Shown in pieces: positions 57,901 through 64,000 of a stretch of DNA of 64,000 nt. The notes under the pieces are model-generated. The model saw nothing but the letters and a program-made list of their open reading frames with translations, was not told where the DNA came from and made no database searches. The DNA is from Candidatus Woesearchaeota archaeon. Lineage in GTDB: Archaea; Nanobdellota; Nanobdellia; Pacearchaeales; GW2011-AR1. A program made the translations under genes and the position numbers. The stretch lies in contig CAYPLY010000001.1 in NCBI GenBank assembly GCA_964412025.1, positions 4,797 through 68,796 on the forward strand. The letters run 5' to 3'. Numbering within the stretch: position 1 is the stretch's first letter; the number at the start of each line of letters is the position of its first letter.

Positions 57901-57933
57901 AAGTTTATATATATCTTCTTAATACATTTTTTT

Positions 57934-59025
57934 ATGGACGAAAATGAAGAAATAGGTGATTTGTTCGTTCCCCATAATGAACAAGAGAAGATAATCATTG
58001 AAAAAGATTTTATGGATGTTCTTAAGATGGTTGCACCCGGAACATCTATACGTGTTGCAATGGATGATTTGCTTAATGCAGGGATGGGAGCATTGATAGT
58101 TATTGATAATGGGAATTTGTCTTCCGCGTATCAAAAGGGTTTTTCAATTCATTCTAAGTTTAGCCCTCAAAAACTTGTTGAACTTGCTAAGATGGATGGG
58201 GCGATTATTCTTTCAGGAAATGTTAAAAAGATATTGTATGCGAACTCTTTTCTTTCTCCCAATTCCGAGATAAATACTCGTGAAACAGGGACAAGACATA
58301 AATCTGCAGAAAGGACAGCAAAACAGACAGGAGCGATAGTCATTGCAATCTCTGAGAGAAAAAAGAAAATTACAATTTATCAGGGAGATAAAAGGCATGA
58401 ACTTAAGGAAAGTTCAGAGATATTGAGGAGAGCTGCAGAAACTTTACAGATTTTGGAGAAACAAAAAGAGAGTTTCAATGAAGCTATAACTCACCTTAAC
58501 CTTATGGAATTACAAAGAATAGTTACTGTTAAAGATGTTTGTGGAGTTATACAGAGATTTGAGATAATAAAAAGAATCTCAGAGATTGTTAAAAGGTATT
58601 TGATTGAGCTTGGAAGGGAAGGAGCAATAGTTAGTATGAGTTTAAAGGATTTAATAAGGGGGTTAGATAAAGAGGAAGAATTGCTTCTTAGAGATTATTT
58701 TGGATCCAATTCTGCTTATGCTGAGAAAGTTCTTGAGAAGATGGATTTTGATTTTCTTTTAGAACCTCTTAATATATCAAGGATGCTTTTTGAAGAGTTG
58801 CACGATAAACAAATATCTCCTAAGGGATTAAGGATATTAAGCAAGACGAATATTCTAGAGAGATATATTAGTTCTTTGATAGCACATTTTCAATTTTTAG
58901 ATAAGATTCTTCTTGCTAATGATGAAGAATTGCTTAGAGTATTTCAAAACGAGGGAATGCTAGCATTTTTTAAGGAAGAAATATATAGTCTTAGAGAGAA
59001 ACTTGTTGTTGGAAAGTCGATATAA
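57934..59025 (+). CDS. disA: DisA-like diadenylate cyclase (DAC domain followed by a helical/HhH-like C-terminal region)
   Basis: DAC hallmark motifs are present: DGA in KMDGAIILSG and RHR-type in GTRHKSAERTAKQTGAIVIAISE. The 363-aa length equals that of bacterial DisA. Confidence 0.75.
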   Translation: MDENEEIGDLFVPHNEQEKIIIEKDFMDVLKMVAPGTSIRVAMDDLLNAGMGALIVIDNGNLSSAYQKGFSIHSKFSPQKLVELAKMDGAIILSGNVKKILYANSFLSPNSEINTRETGTRHKSAERTAKQTGAIVIAISERKKKITIYQGDKRHELKESSEILRRAAETLQILEKQKESFNEAITHLNLMELQRIVTVKDVCGVIQRFEIIKRISEIVKRYLIELGREGAIVSMSLKDLIRGLDKEEELLLRDYFGSNSAYAEKVLEKMDFDFLLEPLNISRMLFEELHDKQISPKGLRILSKTNILERYISSLIAHFQFLDKILLANDEELLRVFQNEGMLAFFKEEIYSLREKLVVGKSI

Positions 59026-59026
59026 A

Positions 59027-60067
59027 ATGTTAACGGAAAAACAGATAGAAGAGATAAAAAATCATCTTGATAAGGCTCAAAATCCAGTTTTCTTTTTTGA
59101 TAATGATCAGGATGGACTTTGTAGTTTTTTGTTGTTGCAAAAGTATCTGGGCAGGGGTAAGGGTTTTCCAATTAAAACCTCTCCAGCTTTGACTAAAGAT
59201 TATCTTAGAAAAGTTGAGGAGTTTAATGCAGATTATATATTCATATTAGATAAGCCAGAAGTTTCTGGAGAATTTATATCTGAAATTGAGAAAGTTAATA
59301 TACCTATAGTTTGGATTGATCATCATACTACAGATAGGGATAAGATATCTAAATATGTGAATTATTACAACCCATTATTTAACAAGGATAAGAGTAATGA
59401 ACCTGTAACTTATCTTTGTCAAAAGATAACAAATAAAAAAGAAAATTTGTGGATTGCGGTTGTTGGATGCATATCCGATAATCTAGTCCCAGATTTTTAT
59501 CAAGATTTTATGAAAAACTATCCTGATTTATGTAAGGACAAGAAAGATGCGTTTGAGATATTTTATGGTTCGGATATTGGAAAGATTGCAAGAATTATTG
59601 GTTTTGGATTAAAAGACAAAATAAGCAATGTTATTAGCATGGTTAAATTTCTAATATCGTGCAATAGTCCTTATGATTTTTTGGAAGAGAACAATAAAAA
59701 TAAATCAATACATAAGAGGTTTCAGGAGGTTGATAAAAAATATCAAAAGATTTTGAATAAAGCTAAAAGAATTTCAACATCCAAAAAACTTTTATTTTTC
59801 AAATATGAGGGGGATACAAGTATGAGCTCAGATATTGCAAATGGTTTAAAATATCTTTTTCCAGATAAATTTATTGTTGTTGTTTATACAAAGGGCTATA
59901 AGGCGAATGTTTCTGCAAGAGGAGAGGACATTAAAACGATTATTTTGTCTGCAATAGAAGGTCTTGAGGGTTCAACAGGAGGAGGACATGAAAATGCTGT
60001 TGGTGCCCAAATTAATAAAGAGGATGTCGGAGAGTTTGAGAAGAGAGTTAGAAGGTTAATTTTGTAA
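59027..60067 (+). CDS. DHH/DHHA1 family phosphoesterase (candidate c-di-AMP/nanoRNA phosphodiesterase)
   Basis: DHH motif in VWIDHHTTD and the DHHA1 motif GGGHENAVGA. The frame is open from 59003 and overlaps disA by 23 nt. The ATG at 59027 lies 1 nt after the disA stop. Confidence 0.75.
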   Translation: MLTEKQIEEIKNHLDKAQNPVFFFDNDQDGLCSFLLLQKYLGRGKGFPIKTSPALTKDYLRKVEEFNADYIFILDKPEVSGEFISEIEKVNIPIVWIDHHTTDRDKISKYVNYYNPLFNKDKSNEPVTYLCQKITNKKENLWIAVVGCISDNLVPDFYQDFMKNYPDLCKDKKDAFEIFYGSDIGKIARIIGFGLKDKISNVISMVKFLISCNSPYDFLEENNKNKSIHKRFQEVDKKYQKILNKAKRISTSKKLLFFKYEGDTSMSSDIANGLKYLFPDKFIVVVYTKGYKANVSARGEDIKTIILSAIEGLEGSTGGGHENAVGAQINKEDVGEFEKRVRRLIL

Positions 60068-60300
60068 TTTATTGTTGCATATAAATATTTATAAACTTGT
60101 TTCTCTTAAAATGTTTATGAAGGATGGACTGAACAGAATAAATTGGATGATTGTTGATGGGTGTTCTTGTTTAGTCTACACTTTCAATATTAAACTAAAC
60201 TCAATTTAATTCAGCTTTCAAATCTGGGTTGAGTTGAGGCAGGAATTCTATCTAGATTTGTAAGGGAGATCGAATTAAATTATTTTTGTTTCCGTTAAGA

Positions 60301-60420
60301 TGGAAAAAGAAAAGCTAAAGATGGAAAAAAAGACAGTTGAGCAGGAGTTAAGCAAGTTAATAGCCTTTACTATACAGCTTGAAGATGAACTTAACAATTG
60401 CATAAAATGTGAACAATGAT
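60301..60420 (+). CDS. possible 39-aa small ORF in the convergent intergenic region
   Basis: Translates to MEKEKLKMEKKTVEQELSKLIAFTIQLEDELNNCIKCEQ. No support beyond an open frame. Confidence 0.15.
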
Positions 60421-60470
60421 ATATTTTTTAGAGGTTAATATCCTCTAGTTGTTACTATGCTTTTTATTAG

Positions 60471-61952
60471 TCAGTAACTTCTACCGATATAAACAATTTT
60501 TGTTGCTGGTTTCCCACAGAATAAACACTTTCCTGAAGCCTTTTCATTTTTGTTTGCAAGAGTTCCTCTGACATCTCCTGAGAATTCTTTTTCTATTATC
60601 TCTGCGCAATGTATTCCATTTTTGTCTGTTGAACAAAAATTTATTCTTGCCATCTTTCCTGAGGAGAGGGCATCCTTTATCTCCTTTTTTGTTGAGCATG
60701 ATTGTATTCTATTATTCATAAATTTGTCTGCTTTTTCTCTTAATCTTTTATCAAAATCTATTCCTAAAGAGTTTATCTTCTTTATATCTGATATTTTCAT
60801 TTTTTCTTTATTTTTTGTATCTCTTGTAAAGATAATTATCTCATTATTCTTCAATTCTTTTTCACCCAGCTCAATTCTAAACGGAACTCCCTTTAACTCC
60901 CAAATATGATATTTTTCTCCAGGACGTTTATATTCTCTTTCATCTATTTCTGCTTTAATATTTTCTTTTTCTAATTTATCTAAGATTTCTTTTGATTTAT
61001 TCATTATTTTTTCTTTATTTTCTGTGTTGAATATAGGGATTATAATTACTTGTATAGGCGATAGGGAGTAAGGCAAAATCATCCCAGAATCGTCTCCATG
61101 AGTTGCAATAACTGATGCTAATATCCTAGATACAGCAGGACCATAAGCCGTTGTCCAAAGATACTCTTCTTTTTCTTCTTTATTTTTGAATGTTGCATCA
61201 AACGCTTTTGAGAATTTTTGTCCCATTAAATGTGTTGAAGGTTGTTGAATTAATTTTCCATCTGGCATAAAACAATCTGAACCTACAGTATATTCTGCCC
61301 CGGCGAATTTATCCCACTCGGGTCTTTTCATTGGTAAAAAAGGTATTCCGTAAATTTGATGCATTACTTTTTCTGTTGTGTCTATATCCTCTTGAACCTG
61401 AGCTTCTGCTTCTTCTTTTGTTGCAAAAGCATCATGGCATTCAATCCATATAAATTCTCTCCCTCTTATTAATGGGCGGGTCGCTTTAGTATCCATTCTG
61501 AAGACTGAACCTCTTTGGTATAGTTTCATTGGCAAGTCTCTATGACCTCTTATCCAAAGTTTAAACATTGGAGTATATAGTGTTTCGGAAGTCGGTCTTA
61601 AAGCAAGTTCTTTATTATCCCCTATATCTTTTAACCAAAATACTTCTGGAGTAAATCCCTGAACATGTTCTGACTCCTTCATAAGATTTTCTTTAGGTAT
61701 TACAGAAGGCATAAATGTTGGTAAGTGATGTTTTTTTTGAAGTTCTTTTTCAAGATGTTCAAACATATTCTCTATAGTTAATGCAGCCCAGGGGCGTATT
61801 ATTGTGAATCCTTTAACGTCTAACCTTAAATCTACCAGTTCTGCTTTTTCAATAACTTGTGTAAACCATTCAGAAAAATTCTCTTGTTTTTTTACAGTTA
61901 TTCCCTCTCGGGATTTTTCCTGATTTTCTTCTTTAAACTTCTTTTCTTTCAT
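60471..61952 (-). CDS. proS: prolyl-tRNA synthetase, archaeal/eukaryotic type
   Basis: Class II core and a C-terminal zinc-binding tail CLFCGKPATKIVYIGRSY typical of archaeal ProRS. 493 aa. Confidence 0.9.
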   Translation of the reverse strand: MKEKKFKEENQEKSREGITVKKQENFSEWFTQVIEKAELVDLRLDVKGFTIIRPWAALTIENMFEHLEKELQKKHHLPTFMPSVIPKENLMKESEHVQGFTPEVFWLKDIGDNKELALRPTSETLYTPMFKLWIRGHRDLPMKLYQRGSVFRMDTKATRPLIRGREFIWIECHDAFATKEEAEAQVQEDIDTTEKVMHQIYGIPFLPMKRPEWDKFAGAEYTVGSDCFMPDGKLIQQPSTHLMGQKFSKAFDATFKNKEEKEEYLWTTAYGPAVSRILASVIATHGDDSGMILPYSLSPIQVIIIPIFNTENKEKIMNKSKEILDKLEKENIKAEIDEREYKRPGEKYHIWELKGVPFRIELGEKELKNNEIIIFTRDTKNKEKMKISDIKKINSLGIDFDKRLREKADKFMNNRIQSCSTKKEIKDALSSGKMARINFCSTDKNGIHCAEIIEKEFSGDVRGTLANKNEKASGKCLFCGKPATKIVYIGRSY

Positions 61953-62055
61953 GTTTGGATAAGTTAAGGAGCATATTTAAAATTATTTAATTATATAGTA
62001 GACGGTTAAATCTTAAAGTATAAAAAGGTTTTTGGACTTTATTTATTGTTGATTT

Positions 62056-62127
62056 GGGCCCATAGTTCAACGGATAGAATTTCGGGTTTCGGCCCCGGTG
62101 ATGGAGGTTCGATTCCTCCTGGGCTCA
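62056..62127 (+). tRNA. tRNA-Arg (TCG)
   Basis: Acceptor GGGCCCA/TGGGCTC with discriminator A; D-arm GTTC-AACGGATA-GAAT; anticodon stem TCGGG/CCCGG; loop TTTCGGC (G37); T-arm GGAGG-TTCGATT-CCTCC. Confidence 0.7.
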
Positions 62128-62188
62128 TTTTATATTAAAATAACACATATATCATTAAGTTTTTAATTGGTAGTTGGTTTTATTTGAA

Positions 62189-63523
62189 ATGGTAAAGAGT
62201 TTAAAGGAAAGAGCAAAACAAAGAGCAAATCAGTTAGAGGAAGTTTCAAAAAAAGAAATGCCTCAACCGGGAGATTTTGTAGAAGTGCATTTGGGGAAGG
62301 TTATCTATGAGGGGATATTTTTGGAAAGTCCTGAATCTGAGAAAGGAATTATTTTATTGAAATTAACTAATGGGTATAATATTGGTTTGAATAAGAAAGA
62401 TATTTTTAAGATTGATGTTTTAAAGAAAGCTAAGCATTTTAAGGAAGAGGTTGAATTTAAGAAACATCCTTCAAAACTTAATATTGCTATAATTATTACA
62501 GGAGGAACTATTTCTTCAAGGTATGATTCTAAGACAGGGGGAGTACATCCTCTGGACAGTCCTGAAAGCTTGTTCAGATTTTACCCAGAATTATTTGAGA
62601 GAGTAAATGTTTTGAAAGTTGAAGTTCCATTTATGAAATTTTCTGAAGAAATGAATTTTAAAGATTGGCAAAAGATTGCAAAAACCTGCGAGGATTTATT
62701 GAATAATCCCAATATACAGGGGGTTATTGTAACACATGGAACAGATTTTCTACATTATACTTCTGCAGCATTGAGTTTTATGCTTGGGAAATTAAATAAA
62801 CCGGTGGTTTTAACCTATTCTCAGAGGAGTATTGATAGGGCAAGCTCTGATGCTAATTTAAATTTAATTTGTTCTGCATTCGTCGCAGGAATGAGTGATA
62901 TTGCAGAAGTTGTTTTGGTGGGACATGCCGATTCAGAAGATAATTTTTGTTATGCTCTTCCTGGAACAAAAGTTAGAAAGATGCATACTTCTAGGAGAGA
63001 TGCATTTAAAGTTATAAATGGACAACCTCTAGCAAAGGTTTTTCCGGATGGAAGGGTGGAGGTTTTTAGAGAATTCAATAAAAGGAATAACGGCAAGAAG
63101 GTTAAAGTGGACAAGAAAATTGAAGAGAATGTAGCATTGGTTAAGTTTTATCCAGGACAATCTTCAGATATTTTAGATTATTATCATAAAAAAAATTACA
63201 AGGGAATTGTTTTAGAGTTAAGTGGAATAGGAAATGCTTCCCCCGAATTCATTAACAAGATTAAAGAGCTTTCATCTAAAGGAATGATATTTTGTGGAAC
63301 CTCTCAGTGTATAAATGGAAGGGTAGAAGGTTTAGTTTATTCTTCTGGAAGGAAATTAATAGAAGCAGGGGTTATTTATTTGGGAGATATGCTCTCTGAA
63401 ACTGCTCTTGTAAAGTTGGGGTGGGTTTTGGGACATCCGGATTGGGTAAAGTCAAAGGAAACTATCAAGCAAAAGATGCTTGAAAATATTGCTGGAGAGT
63501 TTAGTAATCGATTGGAGGATTAG
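62189..63523 (+). CDS. gatD: Glu-tRNA(Gln) amidotransferase subunit D
   Basis: N-terminal GatD-specific domain followed by an asparaginase-like domain with IAIIITGGTISS and THGTDFL. The track start at 62174 is a TTG; the first ATG is at 62189. It uses a TAG stop. Confidence 0.85.
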   Translation: MVKSLKERAKQRANQLEEVSKKEMPQPGDFVEVHLGKVIYEGIFLESPESEKGIILLKLTNGYNIGLNKKDIFKIDVLKKAKHFKEEVEFKKHPSKLNIAIIITGGTISSRYDSKTGGVHPLDSPESLFRFYPELFERVNVLKVEVPFMKFSEEMNFKDWQKIAKTCEDLLNNPNIQGVIVTHGTDFLHYTSAALSFMLGKLNKPVVLTYSQRSIDRASSDANLNLICSAFVAGMSDIAEVVLVGHADSEDNFCYALPGTKVRKMHTSRRDAFKVINGQPLAKVFPDGRVEVFREFNKRNNGKKVKVDKKIEENVALVKFYPGQSSDILDYYHKKNYKGIVLELSGIGNASPEFINKIKELSSKGMIFCGTSQCINGRVEGLVYSSGRKLIEAGVIYLGDMLSETALVKLGWVLGHPDWVKSKETIKQKMLENIAGEFSNRLED

Positions 63524-63524
63524 A

Positions 63525-64000
63525 ATGACTTTTAGTATCATCGCTGTTGATAGAAAAAATAAATAGTTGGGTGCGGCTTGTTTTAGTAAAGCTTTCGCAG
63601 TTGGAGGTATTGTTCCCGAAGTTAAACTAAAGATAGGGGCAGTATGTACTCAATCTTATCCAAATATTTCTTATAAGGAAGAAGGAATCGAATTAATGAA
63701 GAATTTATCTCCAAGTAATGTAATTGATAAATTGATTGATAATGATAAAGACAAAGAGATACGACAGGTAATTCTTATGAATAGTAAAGGAGAAAGTGCG
63801 GGATTTTCTGGAGAAAAAAATGTTGGATGGAAGGGACATTTGAAAGGCAGGAATCTTATTTGTGCTGGAAATATGCTTGTTGGAGAAAATGTTTTATTAG
63901 AAATGAAAAAAACATTTGAAAATTCTAAAGGGTGTTTAGCTGAGAGATTAATAGGCAGTCTAACTGCCGGAGAGAAGGTAGGGGGAGATAAGAGAAATAG
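63525..64000 (+). pseudogene. DUF1028 family (Ntn-hydrolase-like) gene interrupted by an in-frame TAG at 63564-63566; runs off the window end
   Basis: MTFSIIAVDRKNK*LGAACFSKAFAVGGIVPEVKLKIGAVCTQSYPNISYKEEGIELM... matches the DUF1028 consensus MTFSI.A.D..G.LGVAV.SK..AVGS.VP....G.GAVATQS.AN.S.G..GLELL. The match continues across the stop in the same frame. Confidence 0.5.

Noticed and set aside
60068-60470. SRP RNA, RNase P RNA or a C/D-box sRNA in the large intergenic spacer
   Set aside because: No GC-rich conserved helices were found, and no exact C (RUGAUGA) or D (CUGA) box pair in a sensible arrangement. Only simple inverted repeats are present.

Overview
The window is AT-rich and gene-dense, and its core information-processing genes are archaeal. 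These are: TFB, TFE-alpha, an Sm protein, ribosomal proteins S8e, L44e, S3Ae, L1, P0 and P1, tRNA-splicing endonuclease EndA, RNase Z, SRP54/FtsY, archaeal-type GlyRS and ProRS, GatD, deoxyhypusine synthase and a GINS-like subunit. Several enzymes are bacterial-type: type-I GAPDH, LeuRS and a short AlaRS. That mix is typical of small-genome DPANN-like archaea (inference). Eight tRNA genes are present. Two carry introns, one of them a very long repeat-filled intron. Two others have a degenerate partial copy of their own 5' end just upstream. Two accessory cell-surface loci stand out. The first (3628-20815) encodes a 4645-aa, N-glycosylation-sequon-rich beta-helix protein with nested repeats and an in-frame C-terminal tandem-HTH tail, followed by three small secreted or anchored proteins. 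The second (33796-24259, minus strand) encodes a small membrane protein, a 612-aa protein with an archaeal type-IV-pilin (class III) signal peptide, and a 2475-aa secreted protein. That protein ends in a lytic-transglycosylase (SLT) domain and a CHAP peptidase domain, so it is a candidate cell-wall-breaching host-interaction system. Other points of note are a DisA-type diadenylate cyclase overlapping a DHH/DHHA1 phosphoesterase (a c-di-AMP module), a DUF1028 Ntn-hydrolase-like gene with an in-frame TAG, and a membrane transglutaminase-like protein. All calls come from reading the supplied translations and DNA by eye; no searches were run.
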